Assembly: GCA_964464605.1 (NCBI GenBank)
Contig: CAYXJN010000004.1
Span: forward strand, 62,001-126,000
Length of the DNA: 64,000 bases
Reading direction: 5' to 3'
Origin: an uncultured Ignavibacteriales bacterium
GTDB lineage: Bacteria > Zixibacteria > MSB-5A5 > GN15 > FEB-12
Part shown: positions 48,311 to 59,359 of the stretch, one piece after another
How positions within the stretch are numbered: position 1 is the stretch's first letter
Layout: each line of letters starts with the position of its first letter
The notes under the pieces: model-generated
What the model saw: the letters and a program-made list of their open reading frames with translations, nothing else
What the model was told of the DNA's origin: nothing
Databases searched by the model: none
Translations under genes and position numbers: made by a program

Positions 48311-49030
48311 ATGCTGCCGGATCTTGAGTTAATGTTAAAGCTGCAGGTAATTGACTATGATCTCGGTGAGCTTGAACGATCCAAGGAGTATCTCCCCGAC
48401 ATGATGGGGAACCTCAATCGGGAAATTCAGGAAGCCAAGGGACGTTGGGATACAGCAGAACAAACACTGGAGCAGGAAAAGCTCGGACAGAAAACGCTGG
48501 AACTTGATGTCAAAGCGAAAGAAGCTGATCTGCAGCGGCTTCAACAGCAAATGATGACTATTAAGACCAACCGTGAGTATGATGCTATCGTCGCTGAAAT
48601 CGACACCATCAAAGCCGGTATCTCCGGACAGGAAACGGCGCTGTTAGCAGCGATGGAACGAATCGCCAAACTGGAAACCGAAATCCCCGAACTCAAAAGC
48701 AAATTCGAGCAGATTGAAGAGAACAACAAAAAGCAGCTTGATGTGCTTCAGGAAAAAGTAGATTCAATCGGCTCCAAAGTCTCTGAAAAAGAGGCTGAAC
48801 GGGCTGTGTTGGTAAATCAGATTTCCAAACCGTCGATCTCCGTCTATGACCGCGTTCGCCGCGGTAAAGGAGGCGGTGCAGTGGTTGTGGTCGTTAAAAA
48901 ACGGGCCTGCAGCGGCTGCCACGCGGCACTGACGCCCAAAAAAGTGCAGGAAGTCAAAAAATCCGACCGTGTGCTTACCTGCGATAGCTGCGGAAGAATT
49001 CTGTACTGGGATAACGACATCTCCAGTTAA
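48311..49030 (+). CDS. Coiled-coil protein with C4-type zinc ribbon (DUF164/CdsZ-like)
   Basis: L..LQ..D start, long coiled coil, KTNREY.A...EI, CSGC...CDSCGRILY. GGAGGT RBS before ATG 48311. Confidence 0.88.
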   Translation: MLPDLELMLKLQVIDYDLGELERSKEYLPDMMGNLNREIQEAKGRWDTAEQTLEQEKLGQKTLELDVKAKEADLQRLQQQMMTIKTNREYDAIVAEIDTIKAGISGQETALLAAMERIAKLETEIPELKSKFEQIEENNKKQLDVLQEKVDSIGSKVSEKEAERAVLVNQISKPSISVYDRVRRGKGGGAVVVVVKKRACSGCHAALTPKKVQEVKKSDRVLTCDSCGRILYWDNDISS

Positions 49031-49079
49031 CCTGAAAATTTAAGGAATCTTTTCGCCCGTTTCAGTGTTACCTACTCAT

Positions 49080-50543
49080 ATGGCGCAATTTATATCCGAT
49101 ATAGCCCTGACGTTCGACGACGTACTCTTACTCCCCGGACATTCAAAAGTTCTGCCCAAAGATGTGGATGTTTCCACCGCGATCGGCGGTGGCATACAAC
49201 TGAATATCCCGCTCATGTCGGCGGCGATGGATACGGTCACTGATGCCCGCCTGGCAATCGCCTTAGCCCGCCTTGGTGGAATAGGGGTAATTCACAAGAA
49301 TATGCCGTTTGACCGACAGGCAGCCGAGGTCGACAAAGTGAAACGCTCCGAATCCGGAATGATAGTCGACCCGATTACCTTCCCGCCCGATAGAACGATC
49401 GGGGAAGCCCGCGAAATCATGAAACGGTTTTCGATCTCCGGTATTCCGATCACGCGTGACGGAAAGTTAGTCGGTATTCTGACCAACCGTGACCTCCGTT
49501 TTGAAAGCGATTTTTCACGGCCGGTACATGAAGTAATGACCTCTGAGAATTTAGTGACAGTCAAAGAAGGAACCGACCTCGATACCGCCAAAGGTATCCT
49601 GCATAGACATCGCATAGAAAAATTGCCGATTGTCGATGCCGAGAACAATCTCAAAGGGATGATCACGGTCAAAGACATTATGAAAAAGATTCAGTTTCCG
49701 GATGCCTGCAAAGATTCGCGGGGACGTTTACGGGTTGGAGCCGCGGTCGGTGTCGGAAAAGATTTGGCAGACCGAAGCGCTGCGTTAATTCAGGCTGGTG
49801 TCGATTTGTTAGTAGTCGATAGTTCCCATGGTCACAGCGAAGGCGTACTTGAAGCGGTGAAATGGGTGAAACAAAAATATCCGAATATACCGGTCATGGG
49901 CGGCAACGTTGCTACCGGTGACGGCGCTAAAGCACTTATCGATGCCGGCGCTGACAGCGTAAAAGTAGGCATAGGCCCCGGATCTATTTGCACCACCCGC
50001 GTGGTGACCGGTGTCGGCGTCCCGCAGATTACCGCAGTAGTGAATGCTATAACCGAAGCGCAAAAACGAAATATCCCGGTTATATCCGATGGCGGTATCC
50101 GCTATTCCGGAGATATTGCCAAAGTGCTGGCGGTTGGCGCTCATGCGGTCATGCTCGGTTCTATCTTCGCCGGCGTGGAAGAAGCCCCCGGTGAAAGTAT
50201 TCTGTACGAAGGTCGCTGGTTCAAAGTTTATCGCGGCATGGGCTCTCTTTCGGCGATGAAAGAGGGAAGCAAAGACCGCTATTTTCAGGAACATGAAGAG
50301 GAAATGTCCAAATTCGTTCCGGAAGGGATCGAAGGACGTGTCCCTGCCAAAGGACCGCTGGCTGAATCGGTCTACCAGCTTATTGGCGGACTTCGGGCCG
50401 GTATGGGACTGTGCGGTGCGAAAAACCTTGAGTTTTTCCGGACAAACACCAAAGTTATCCGTATCACTAATGCCGGTGTGTCGGAATCACACCCCCATTC
50501 GGTGTCGATAACGAAAGAAGCGCCCAACTATCGCCGATACTAA
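49080..50543 (+). CDS. guaB: IMP dehydrogenase (with CBS pair)
   Basis: [42 protein letters not shown]. Confidence 0.97.
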   Translation: MAQFISDIALTFDDVLLLPGHSKVLPKDVDVSTAIGGGIQLNIPLMSAAMDTVTDARLAIALARLGGIGVIHKNMPFDRQAAEVDKVKRSESGMIVDPITFPPDRTIGEAREIMKRFSISGIPITRDGKLVGILTNRDLRFESDFSRPVHEVMTSENLVTVKEGTDLDTAKGILHRHRIEKLPIVDAENNLKGMITVKDIMKKIQFPDACKDSRGRLRVGAAVGVGKDLADRSAALIQAGVDLLVVDSSHGHSEGVLEAVKWVKQKYPNIPVMGGNVATGDGAKALIDAGADSVKVGIGPGSICTTRVVTGVGVPQITAVVNAITEAQKRNIPVISDGGIRYSGDIAKVLAVGAHAVMLGSIFAGVEEAPGESILYEGRWFKVYRGMGSLSAMKEGSKDRYFQEHEEEMSKFVPEGIEGRVPAKGPLAESVYQLIGGLRAGMGLCGAKNLEFFRTNTKVIRITNAGVSESHPHSVSITKEAPNYRRY

Positions 50544-50606
50544 TCGGTAGGGTGCTTCGCAATTACTGCGTCTTTTAAACGTGTTTTTTTATAAACGAAT
50601 GCTTGT

Positions 50607-50960
50607 GAAAGTAGGAGAAGCGGTCGCGCGTTAAACAACATTGACGTGAGGAAAGTCCGAGCTCAACAGAATTGAGACGCCCGATAACATCGGGGCGGAG
50701 CGATCCGACGGAAAGTGCCACAGAAACTATACCGCCTTGTGCAAACAGGGTAAGGGTGAAACCGCGGTGTAAAAGACCACGACGTACGGTAGAGATATTG
50801 TGCGTGGTAAACCCCGTCTTGAGCAAAGCCAAATAAGGGAAAAGGAGTTGATTCGCTCCGTTTGATTCCCGGGTAGGCTGCATGAATTGTCGGGCAACCG
50901 GCAATCAAGAGAAATGACCGCTCCCGCAAGGGAACAGAACTCGGCTTACGTCCTGCTTTC
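50607..50960 (+). ncRNA. rnpB: RNase P RNA (bacterial class A)
   Basis: P1 GAAAGTAGGA/TCCTGCTTTC, GAGGAAAGTCC, AGTGCCACAGAAA, GGGTGAAA, GGTAAACCCC, GAGCAA, ACAGAACTCGGCTTA. Confidence 0.95.
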
Positions 50961-50990
50961 CCAGGCCTTCATACGACGTATGGAGGAAAC

Positions 50991-52739
50991 ATGAATTGGG
51001 ATCATCGGCCTTCCCGCCAAAAGTGGGTTCTGGCCGAACCACCGGAGTTGGCGTTAGTACGGCGTGTTGCCGAACAAACCAACCTGCCCGAAAAAGTGGT
51101 GGCCATTCTGGTCAACCGCGATATCAAAACCGCACAGGAAATCGAACAATTCCTTCATCCCAAAATGCTCGATCTGAAAGATCCGTTCGAGCTGTCCGGC
51201 ATGCAGCAGGCGATCGACCGTGTTACCGCAGCCTTCTACAACAATGAAAAGATCGTTGTATACGGTGACTACGACGTCGACGGCATCACTGCCACCACCC
51301 TTTTGTACATGGTGCTGAACAAATTGGGCGCCAATGTCGATTTCTTTCTGCCGAATCGATTAGTTGAGGGATATGGACTTTCCAAAGAAGGAATCGACGA
51401 AGCAAAAGCGAGCGGCGTTTCATTGATTATTACCGTCGATACCGGAATCACCGCTATTGAAGAAGTTGAATACGCCCTGAGTGTCGGTATCGATACTATC
51501 ATCACCGATCACCATGAACCGGCCGATACGATTCCGAAAGCGGCCGCAATCGTCAACCCGAAACTCAACACCAAAGAATACGGACAGGAATTGGCCGGAG
51601 TCGGCGTAGCGTTCAAATTTGCACAGGCGCTCTATCGTTCTCTGGAACAGGATCAACGGGAATTGGAAGAGCATCTTGACCTTGTTGCGCTCGGTACCGC
51701 CGCCGATATCGTGCCACTTACCGGTGAAAATCGGATTCTTACCAAGTTTGGTATTCGTCAGGTTTCCCGTACTACCAAACCGGGTCTTAAATCACTCGCC
51801 TTTGTATCGGGACTGATCGGTAAAGATATCAGCACCGGTCAGGTTGTCTTTATTCTCGCCCCGCGTATCAACGCGCTCGGCCGGTTAGGAGATGCCCGTC
51901 AGGCTATTCGGTTGCTTTCTACGCGTGATGAACGAATGGCATCCGAAATCGCGCGTAAACTGGATGAGGAAAATCGTCGCCGTAAAGAAATCGATGAAGG
52001 TACGCTTCAGCAGGCGCTTGACCAGATGCATATGGAAGTGGACATGGAAAAAGATCGCGCTATCGTGTTGGCCGCTGAAGGATGGCATCAGGGCGTAATC
52101 GGTATTGTGGCGAGCCGCCTGGTTGAAAAGTACCATCTGCCGACCGTGATGATTTCCATCACCAACGGAGAAGGTAAAGGCTCAGCCCGATCTATTCCGG
52201 GTTTCCATTTATGCGAAGCGCTCAAAGAATGTGAATCGATGCTCATCAAATACGGCGGTCACAAGTATGCGGCCGGACTTTCCATAAAGCCGGAAAATAT
52301 CCCGGCCTTCCGTGACAAATTCAAAGAAGTTTCCACCCGTGGTCTGACGAGTGAAGATGTCGTTCCGAAACTGCATATCGATCTGGAAATCGAACTACAG
52401 GATATCGATGATCGCCTGATGGATACCATTGAAGAATTTGCGCCGTTCGGTCCGCAAAATATGCGGCCGGTCTTTTTGACCCGTAACTGCGAAGTGCTCG
52501 GTCGCCCTTCGGTGGTTGGCAACAACCATCTCCGGATGCGCGTGCGCAAAGGGGATGCGGTATTCGATGTTATCGGGTTCGGTTTCGGCGATTTAGCGCG
52601 GGAAATTTCCAACCGTGGTTGCCTGGTAGATATCACGTATGTGCTGGAATACAACACGTACAACGACGTCACCCGAAAACAGATTCGTCTGAAAGATATC
52701 AAGCTGACTGTCGGGAGTATGTCCCCCGGCTATAACTAA
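50991..52739 (+). CDS. recJ: ssDNA exonuclease RecJ
   Basis: GDYDVDG, TVDTG, TDHH, LGTAADIVPL, APRINA, GSARS, GGHKYAAG. Confidence 0.96.
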   Translation: MNWDHRPSRQKWVLAEPPELALVRRVAEQTNLPEKVVAILVNRDIKTAQEIEQFLHPKMLDLKDPFELSGMQQAIDRVTAAFYNNEKIVVYGDYDVDGITATTLLYMVLNKLGANVDFFLPNRLVEGYGLSKEGIDEAKASGVSLIITVDTGITAIEEVEYALSVGIDTIITDHHEPADTIPKAAAIVNPKLNTKEYGQELAGVGVAFKFAQALYRSLEQDQRELEEHLDLVALGTAADIVPLTGENRILTKFGIRQVSRTTKPGLKSLAFVSGLIGKDISTGQVVFILAPRINALGRLGDARQAIRLLSTRDERMASEIARKLDEENRRRKEIDEGTLQQALDQMHMEVDMEKDRAIVLAAEGWHQGVIGIVASRLVEKYHLPTVMISITNGEGKGSARSIPGFHLCEALKECESMLIKYGGHKYAAGLSIKPENIPAFRDKFKEVSTRGLTSEDVVPKLHIDLEIELQDIDDRLMDTIEEFAPFGPQNMRPVFLTRNCEVLGRPSVVGNNHLRMRVRKGDAVFDVIGFGFGDLAREISNRGCLVDITYVLEYNTYNDVTRKQIRLKDIKLTVGSMSPGYN

Positions 52740-53687
52740 ATGAACGTGCTCAAGAGCTTTTTCTCCGGTGATATTCGGTCGCTGTCTCGGGTCATTTCCA
52801 AGATTGAAGATGCTGACGCGCAGCTTGCCGAATTGATGGGAGAGTTGTACAAGCGCGCAGGACGCGCGGCACGTATCGGTATTACCGGTCCGCCCGGGGC
52901 TGGAAAATCGACGCTCGTCAATTGTCTCGCTAATATCTATCTCGCCGAACAAAAGAAGGTGGGCATTGTCGCGGTTGATCCGACGTCTCCGTTTACCGGT
53001 GGGGCACTGCTTGGTGATCGCGTTCGTATGAATGAATTCCCCACTGACGGCCGTATTTATTTTCGCTCGATGGCAACCCGCGGCGCAACCGGCGGATTGG
53101 CTGCGTCCACGCAGGATGCAACTGTCGCGCTTGATGCCTTCGGGTTTGATTTGGTCATTATCGAAACGGTCGGTGTCGGCCAGGTGGAACTGGATGTCAT
53201 GGATACCTGCGATGTCGTTATCGTCGTCGTAGTACCGGAATCCGGGGATGCGGTTCAGACGATGAAGGCCGGATTAATGGAAATTGCGAATGTATTCGCC
53301 GTCAATAAATCGGATCGCCCCGGCGCCGAAAAGTTAGCGAGCGAACTGCAGCATACGCTTCATCTCAGGACAAAAATCTCCGATGAACCGGAACCGCAGG
53401 TGGTGTTGACTGATGCCGTCAGTCGTAAAAACACTGATGTTCTGCATGCCAAAATACATGAGTATCTGAGTTGGAGTAAATCGACCGGTACGTTCGAACG
53501 CCGCCGTCGCCAGCAGATAACCAAGAAGATCGAATCAATTCTCAAACATCGCTTCCAGCAGGATTTTGTCGCGCAGGTGATGCACGATGCTGATTTCGGG
53601 TCTCACGTCGACGCTATCTTGCAGCATCGGGAAGACCCGTATCATGTCGGGGAAGAGTTGTATCAGCGTTTCTCCGTTCATTCTTGA
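52740..53687 (+). CDS. meaB: Methylmalonyl-CoA mutase-associated GTPase MeaB/ArgK
   Basis: ITGPPGAGKST, AVDPTSPFTGGALLGDRVRM, ETVGVGQ, KAGLMEIA, NKSD. Confidence 0.95.
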   Translation: MNVLKSFFSGDIRSLSRVISKIEDADAQLAELMGELYKRAGRAARIGITGPPGAGKSTLVNCLANIYLAEQKKVGIVAVDPTSPFTGGALLGDRVRMNEFPTDGRIYFRSMATRGATGGLAASTQDATVALDAFGFDLVIIETVGVGQVELDVMDTCDVVIVVVVPESGDAVQTMKAGLMEIANVFAVNKSDRPGAEKLASELQHTLHLRTKISDEPEPQVVLTDAVSRKNTDVLHAKIHEYLSWSKSTGTFERRRRQQITKKIESILKHRFQQDFVAQVMHDADFGSHVDAILQHREDPYHVGEELYQRFSVHS

Positions 53688-54990
53688 ACCGACTTCGTAG
53701 TAAGTCGAATCCCCATACCAAAACCACCGCAATCAGCATTGACCAGGCGATAACCGCCGGATACATGATCCGATTTCCCTGCCATAACGTGAATGTCGAA
53801 AGAATGGCAAAATACAGGTAGATGGATGCAAGCATAATCGCCTGCTGTTTCTTGCGCCACCCCCAGAGAATGAAAAAACCGACCAGCGAGAACAATGTCG
53901 CGCGATAATTCAGTCCCTTCCGGTTGCTGAAAATTTCCCATCGTCTGACTGTTTCCGCCCAATCCGGAAGTTGCAGTTGCAAGTGCCCGGTTTCCATGTG
54001 GATATTCTCATTGAACAGTGAAAAGAGTATTCGTATCGACTGAATCGGTTTCGCTCTTATTACATCAGTAAAATACGCCGTTGCGAAGCCACCGAAAAGG
54101 TTCTCTTTTGTTTTTCCGGTAAGCTGTATCTGTTCGGCAAGCAGGCTGTCGAACCGAAGCTGCTCTTCTCCCCATGTCGTTTGGTTCTGCTTCGTGTTGA
54201 TATGCATGCCAATTCGCATACAGGCAATCGGCAGCGCGCGGCTGACCTGTGGTTGTTCTTGCGCTAAGGTATTGTATGTAGTCCATAGGGCAAAAATTGT
54301 ATAACAAGTTAATGCGCAAGCGCCGACTTTTTTGAACAGCTGTTTGTTGCCATACGGCGTCTGACCGTTTTTTACCAGGAGCAAAAGAGCAGTTGTACAG
54401 AGTAGAAATGCCGGGAAAAACAATCCTTGCGAACGGGTCAGTATTGCTATCGTAAACAAAAAGGCGGAGCAGATAACAGAGAACAGGAATCGCTTTTGTG
54501 CTGGCTGAAATAAAAGCAACAGTCCTCCCAGCAGGCAGGCGGTAAACAGAGTTTCGGATAAAAACGCGCTTGCCAGTGAAATCGAGAGAACGTTGCAGGC
54601 ATACACGTATCCGGCTGCCAGTGCAATTCGCTCATTGTCTAAAAGAAGTCGGGCAAGCCAATATATACCGACTGCGCAAAGAGAACTCAGAAGAACCTGA
54701 ACACAGAGCAGATACACCGGGCTCCATCCGAATGGAAGAGAGACCAGATACAGGAAAAAGGAGTACCCCGGTCCGAAGATGGCGACTGTCTTCTGATTTA
54801 CCGTTCCCGAATCGAGTAACTGTCGGGCAGCTTCGGTGTAGTCGGTTGTGTCCGGGCTCAAAGTCTCAATTTGGTCGGTCGTCATTTGGCTGGCAGTAAT
54901 ACTCAAAAAGAGTACGCGCAGAATTACTGCAACGGAGAAAAGCAGAATAAGCGGATGAGCTTTGGCTCGTTGAAGCAGTCTTTGCAGCAT
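53614..54990 (-). CDS. GT-C fold membrane glycosyltransferase (ArnT/PMT, GT39-like)
   Basis: About 11 TM segments, D...Y...A..L, PGY..FL, LSE.LF, LTR, R...P. The 3' end overlaps meaB by 74 nt. Confidence 0.75.
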   Translation of the reverse strand: MLQRLLQRAKAHPLILLFSVAVILRVLFLSITASQMTTDQIETLSPDTTDYTEAARQLLDSGTVNQKTVAIFGPGYSFFLYLVSLPFGWSPVYLLCVQVLLSSLCAVGIYWLARLLLDNERIALAAGYVYACNVLSISLASAFLSETLFTACLLGGLLLLFQPAQKRFLFSVICSAFLFTIAILTRSQGLFFPAFLLCTTALLLLVKNGQTPYGNKQLFKKVGACALTCYTIFALWTTYNTLAQEQPQVSRALPIACMRIGMHINTKQNQTTWGEEQLRFDSLLAEQIQLTGKTKENLFGGFATAYFTDVIRAKPIQSIRILFSLFNENIHMETGHLQLQLPDWAETVRRWEIFSNRKGLNYRATLFSLVGFFILWGWRKKQQAIMLASIYLYFAILSTFTLWQGNRIMYPAVIAWSMLIAVVLVWGFDLLRSRFKNERRNADTTLPRHDTGLPDAAR

Positions 54991-55128
54991 GGCGGTGCAA
55001 CTAATTATGTTTTTGGCGGTTATGTCAACTGATTGACTTGTTTGGTGAGTTTTTAGCTGGTTTTGTTGACTTGCCTTTGCGGCCGATAATCGGTATTATA
55101 GGGCTATTGTAAAAGTGGAGTAATCTGC

Positions 55129-56829
55129 ATGTACGACAAGAAGTTTAGTGATGATATGAAGACCCGCTTGGCGGCTTGGGAAAAAGTCGCGGCCAAAACC
55201 CGCGCAACCAAATCGCTCCCCCGTTTTTTCACTGTTTCCGGCCAGGATATCAACGAACTCTATACCCCGGACTCAGTCAAAAACGGAAACAGCAGCGACC
55301 AGTACTGGAAAGAGATCGGGCTTCCCGGTGAATTTCCCTACACGCGCGGGGTTCATCACACGATGTATCGCACTAAACTCTGGACCATGCGCCAGTTCGC
55401 CGGCATGGGGACACCGAAACAGACCAACGAACGCTTTAAATATATTCTCGAACAAGGGGGAAGTGGCCTTTCCACTGCCTTTGATCTCCCGACCTTGATG
55501 GGCTACGATTCCGACCATCCCCGTTCACTCGGTGAAGTCGGTAAATGCGGCGTCGCGGTCGACACCCTCGCCGATATGGAAATTATCTTCGGCGATATCG
55601 ACCTTTCTAAAGTTTCTACTTCAATGACTATCAATTCTCCCGCTTCGATGCTTTTAGCGATGTATTTAGTCGTCGCCGAAAAGCAGGGAGTGCCGTTCGA
55701 CCAAATTAGAGGAACGTTACAAAACGACATACTCAAAGAGTACATTGCGCAGAAAGAGTTTATCTATCCACCCAAGCAATCACTCCGGTTAATCACCGAT
55801 ATGATGAAATACTGCAACGACCATGTTCCGCAATACAATGCGATTTCGATTTCCGGATACCATATCCGTGAAGCCGGTTCGACGGCGGCGCAGGAGTTAG
55901 CCTTTACGCTTGCTGATGGATTCTGCTATGTCGAATCAGCAGTAGCCGCGGGGATGGATGTCGATTCATTCGCTCCGCGTTTGTCATTCTTCTTCAACGC
56001 GCACTCTGACTTTTTTGAAGAAATCGGTAAATACCGCGCGGCCCGTCGTATCTGGGCGAAACGGATGCGGGATAAATATGGCGCGAAAAATCCAAAGAGC
56101 TGGCTTATGCGGTTCCACACGCAGACAGCGGGCTGTTCGCTCACTGCCCAGCAGCCGGAAAACAATATTGTCCGCACGGCCATTCAGGCCTTAAGCGGCG
56201 TACTCGGCGGAACACAGTCGCTGCATACGAACTCGATGGATGAAACCCTCGCGCTCCCTTCTGAAAAAGCCGCCCTTATCGCCTTACGCACCCAGCAGGT
56301 GATTGCCTATGAAACCGGTGTTGCCAATACGGTCGACCCGCTCGGTGGTTCATATTTTGTTGAAGCGATGACCGACTTGATGGAAGCGGAGGCGGAAAAA
56401 TATTTTGAAGAAATCGACCGTCGCGGCGGAGTGCTGGCTTGTATCGAAGAAGGCTTCTTCCAGCGTGAACTCGCCCGTGCCGCCTATCGTTACCAGCAGG
56501 AACTGGAAACGAAGGAGCGGATTGTGGTCGGCGTGAATGAATTCGTTATCGAAGATGAAAAACTCGATATACCAGTACTCAAAATCGATTATGCCGCCGA
56601 GCGCGATCAGGTTGCTGCCTTGCAAAAACTGAAAGCGACTCGCAACAACGGTGCGGTTCAGGTTGCGCTTGATAAACTTCGTAAAACTGCCGCAACGCCG
56701 GATGGCAACACCTTCGAAGCGATTATGGATTGTGTGCGTGTCTATGCCACACTGGGTGAAATGTGCGACGTTCTCCGCGCCGAATGGGGAGAATATGTCG
56801 AAACCCAGGCAGCGATGGCGGCATCGTAA
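55129..56829 (+). CDS. B12-dependent acyl-CoA mutase large subunit, isobutyryl-CoA mutase (IcmA)-type specificity residues
   Basis: WTMRQFAG (Phe at the MCM Tyr89 position), [13 protein letters not shown] (Gln at the MCM Arg207 position), [16 protein letters not shown]. Confidence 0.85.
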   Translation: MYDKKFSDDMKTRLAAWEKVAAKTRATKSLPRFFTVSGQDINELYTPDSVKNGNSSDQYWKEIGLPGEFPYTRGVHHTMYRTKLWTMRQFAGMGTPKQTNERFKYILEQGGSGLSTAFDLPTLMGYDSDHPRSLGEVGKCGVAVDTLADMEIIFGDIDLSKVSTSMTINSPASMLLAMYLVVAEKQGVPFDQIRGTLQNDILKEYIAQKEFIYPPKQSLRLITDMMKYCNDHVPQYNAISISGYHIREAGSTAAQELAFTLADGFCYVESAVAAGMDVDSFAPRLSFFFNAHSDFFEEIGKYRAARRIWAKRMRDKYGAKNPKSWLMRFHTQTAGCSLTAQQPENNIVRTAIQALSGVLGGTQSLHTNSMDETLALPSEKAALIALRTQQVIAYETGVANTVDPLGGSYFVEAMTDLMEAEAEKYFEEIDRRGGVLACIEEGFFQRELARAAYRYQQELETKERIVVGVNEFVIEDEKLDIPVLKIDYAAERDQVAALQKLKATRNNGAVQVALDKLRKTAATPDGNTFEAIMDCVRVYATLGEMCDVLRAEWGEYVETQAAMAAS

Positions 56830-56853
56830 ACCGCAGGAAACTGATAAGGGATT

Positions 56854-57270
56854 ATGTCAGCTAAAATTCGCGTTCTCTTAGCAAAACCCGGCCTTGATGG
56901 TCATGACCGGGGAATCAAAGTTATCGCGGCTGCTTTCCGGGATGCCGGTATGGAAGTTATTTACACCGGTTTGCGGCAGACGCCGGAAATGATTGTCGAT
57001 GCCGCAATTCAGGAGGATGTCGACGCGGTCGGCGTTTCTATTTTATCCGGCGCGCATATGACATTGTTCCCGGCGATTTTAGATGAACTGAAAAAACGGA
57101 ACGCTTCGGATATTCTGTTATTCGGCGGCGGGATTATTCCCGATGACGATAAGGCTGAACTTGAAAAAATGGGTGTCGCGAAAATCTTCACCCCCGGTGC
57201 TCCGACCGAAGAAGCGATCAAGTTTTTGCGTGATGCGGCCGCCAAACGAAAAGCCCAGCGCGCCGGTTAG
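56854..57270 (+). CDS. Cobalamin-binding small subunit of acyl-CoA mutase
   Basis: [10 protein letters not shown] (DxHxxG), S.LSGAH, GGGIIP. Confidence 0.95.
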   Translation: MSAKIRVLLAKPGLDGHDRGIKVIAAAFRDAGMEVIYTGLRQTPEMIVDAAIQEDVDAVGVSILSGAHMTLFPAILDELKKRNASDILLFGGGIIPDDDKAELEKMGVAKIFTPGAPTEEAIKFLRDAAAKRKAQRAG

Positions 57271-57309
57271 TAATCGTACATAAACAGGTAAATTATTTTT
57301 TCCATTCAC

Positions 57310-58455
57310 ATGCGCTACAATGCCTCACCATCGCAACAAGCCGTGCGTGATACGGTGCAGAGCTTCGCAAACAAAGAAATCACTCATCGCGTTAATGATC
57401 TCGACCGTTCCGGCGATCCGCCGGTTTTCCCGCGCGATCTCTATCGAAAATTAGGTGAAGCCGGATTTATCGGGTTTCCGTTTCCAAAAGAATTCGGCGG
57501 GCAGGGGAAAAGCCGTCTTGACTATATCACCCTCATCGAAGAACTCTGCTACCATGACCCGGCGGTCGGCCTTATGTGTACGGTTGGAGAACTGGCGGCG
57601 AATTGTATTTTGCAGTTTGGTACCGAAGCGCAGAAGAAAAAATATCTCCCTGATTGCTTAAACGGTAAAAAAGTATTCGTATTCTCGTTAACTGAACCAC
57701 AAGCGGGTTCCGATGCCTCCGCTATTACAACTACCGCTGTTGAAACGGACAAAGGGTATGTGCTTAATGGAGAAAAGACCTTCATTATGCACGGGGACGT
57801 TGCCGACGTAGCCATTTTGTTTGGCCGCGTGGAAGGGAAGCAGAAAGTCTCCGCGTTTATTGTCGAAACGAATCAACCCGGCTGGAAGGCATGGGGGCTC
57901 AAATACAAAATGGGAATGCGCGCGGCAACGACTGGAGCGGCAAAATTGACTGATGTTTTTGTGCCCAAAGAAAATCTGCTCGGCGAAATCGATAAAGGAT
58001 TTCGCTACGCGCTAAGCGCGCTTGATGTCGCTCGTATCGGCACGGGAGCGCAGGGCGTCGGTATAGCGCAGCGGGCGCTCGATGAATCGATTGCTTATGC
58101 GAATAAGCGGGTAGCATTCGGTAATACGATTGGCAAGTTCGAGGCGATTCAGTGGATGATCGCCGATATGAGCACGCGTCTTGAAGCCGCCCGTTTACTT
58201 ACCTATAAAGCCGCGCAAATGGCTGACTCAAATGAAAATGTTTCATTGGCGGCTTCGCAGGCGAAGTTATTCGCTTCCGAAACCGCTCATTTTTGCGTAG
58301 ATAAGGCGATGCAAATTCACGCCGGGTACGGCTATATCGGTGAGTTTTCTATTATCGAAAAACTCTACCGGGATCAGCGGGTCATCGAAATTTACGAAGG
58401 AACCTCAGAAGTTCAACGCATGGTTATCTCCGCGCATCTGCTGGGAAATAAATGA
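57310..58455 (+). CDS. Short/branched-chain acyl-CoA dehydrogenase
   Basis: LTEPQAGSD, LNGEK.FI, KMG.RA, R..FG..I..F..IQ, GYGY, IYEGTSEVQ. Confidence 0.93.
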   Translation: MRYNASPSQQAVRDTVQSFANKEITHRVNDLDRSGDPPVFPRDLYRKLGEAGFIGFPFPKEFGGQGKSRLDYITLIEELCYHDPAVGLMCTVGELAANCILQFGTEAQKKKYLPDCLNGKKVFVFSLTEPQAGSDASAITTTAVETDKGYVLNGEKTFIMHGDVADVAILFGRVEGKQKVSAFIVETNQPGWKAWGLKYKMGMRAATTGAAKLTDVFVPKENLLGEIDKGFRYALSALDVARIGTGAQGVGIAQRALDESIAYANKRVAFGNTIGKFEAIQWMIADMSTRLEAARLLTYKAAQMADSNENVSLAASQAKLFASETAHFCVDKAMQIHAGYGYIGEFSIIEKLYRDQRVIEIYEGTSEVQRMVISAHLLGNK

Positions 58456-59282
58456 AGTTTGGTGATTTTGATATTCAGGTTTTCGTCGAGCAGCACTTTC
58501 TTCTGGATGGCGGCATGATGTTCGGCGTCGTACCGAAAACGATGTGGAACAAACTGATTCCTTCGGACGAAAACAATCTTATTCCATTCAACACCAATCT
58601 CTACGTCGTCACCTTCAACGGCAAGCGGATGATTTTCGATGTCGGCCTCGGCGATACGCTCAGTGATCGGGAATGCAAAGTCTACTGCACTGATGGCACA
58701 TCCTACATGGATTCCGGATTGACCGCACTCGGATTGAAGACATCTGATATCGATTATGTCTTTTTATCCCATTTACATTCGGATCATGCCGCTGCAATAG
58801 TAAAGCAAGTCGACGGTCAGTATCTTCCCCGTTTTGAAAAGGCGAAATATCTGATCGGCCGGGAAGAGTGGGAAGCGGCGATGCATCCGGATGAACGCAC
58901 CGCCCCGGTTTATTCGCCACCACGTTTGCTGACGATCAAAGATGCCGGTCAGCTTGAACTGATTGACGGCAACACAGAACTATTCCCCGGTATTCGCACG
59001 GTATTCACCGGCGGGCATTCGGTCGGGCATTTGGCTTTGGAAATGGAATCGCAAAACAAACGGGTCTATTACTACGGCGATATTTTTCCGACCCGCCACC
59101 ATATGAAAGTCGCCTATGTTCCGGCAACCGATGTCTTTCCGCTTCAGACGATGGAAGCAAAACGGAAAATTCTCCCGAAACTGCTCAATGAAGATATCGT
59201 TTTGGCCTTCGATCATGACGTGGTCGCCACACTGGCCACCGTCAGCGAGCAGGAAAGAAAGATTATTGTTTCTCCGGTTTAA
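58452..59282 (+). CDS. Metallo-beta-lactamase-fold hydrolase
   Basis: LDGG.MFGVVPK..W, HLHSDH, TGGH..GH, GD, F.HD. Confidence 0.9.
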   Translation: MKFGDFDIQVFVEQHFLLDGGMMFGVVPKTMWNKLIPSDENNLIPFNTNLYVVTFNGKRMIFDVGLGDTLSDRECKVYCTDGTSYMDSGLTALGLKTSDIDYVFLSHLHSDHAAAIVKQVDGQYLPRFEKAKYLIGREEWEAAMHPDERTAPVYSPPRLLTIKDAGQLELIDGNTELFPGIRTVFTGGHSVGHLALEMESQNKRVYYYGDIFPTRHHMKVAYVPATDVFPLQTMEAKRKILPKLLNEDIVLAFDHDVVATLATVSEQERKIIVSPV

Positions 59283-59359
59283 GCCGGGAACAGTATTTGA
59301 TTTCTGCCGTAATTCCTGCTATCTATTCCCTTATATCATAACGTAAAACAGGCGCAAAG

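Noticed and set aside
47948..49030. tRNA-anchored genomic island or prophage
   Set aside because: No integrase, no duplicated tRNA 3' end seen, and flanking genes are housekeeping.
50575..50929. Minus-strand ORFs 50575-50904 and 50663-50929
   Set aside because: They are antisense to RNase P RNA, which fully explains the sequence.
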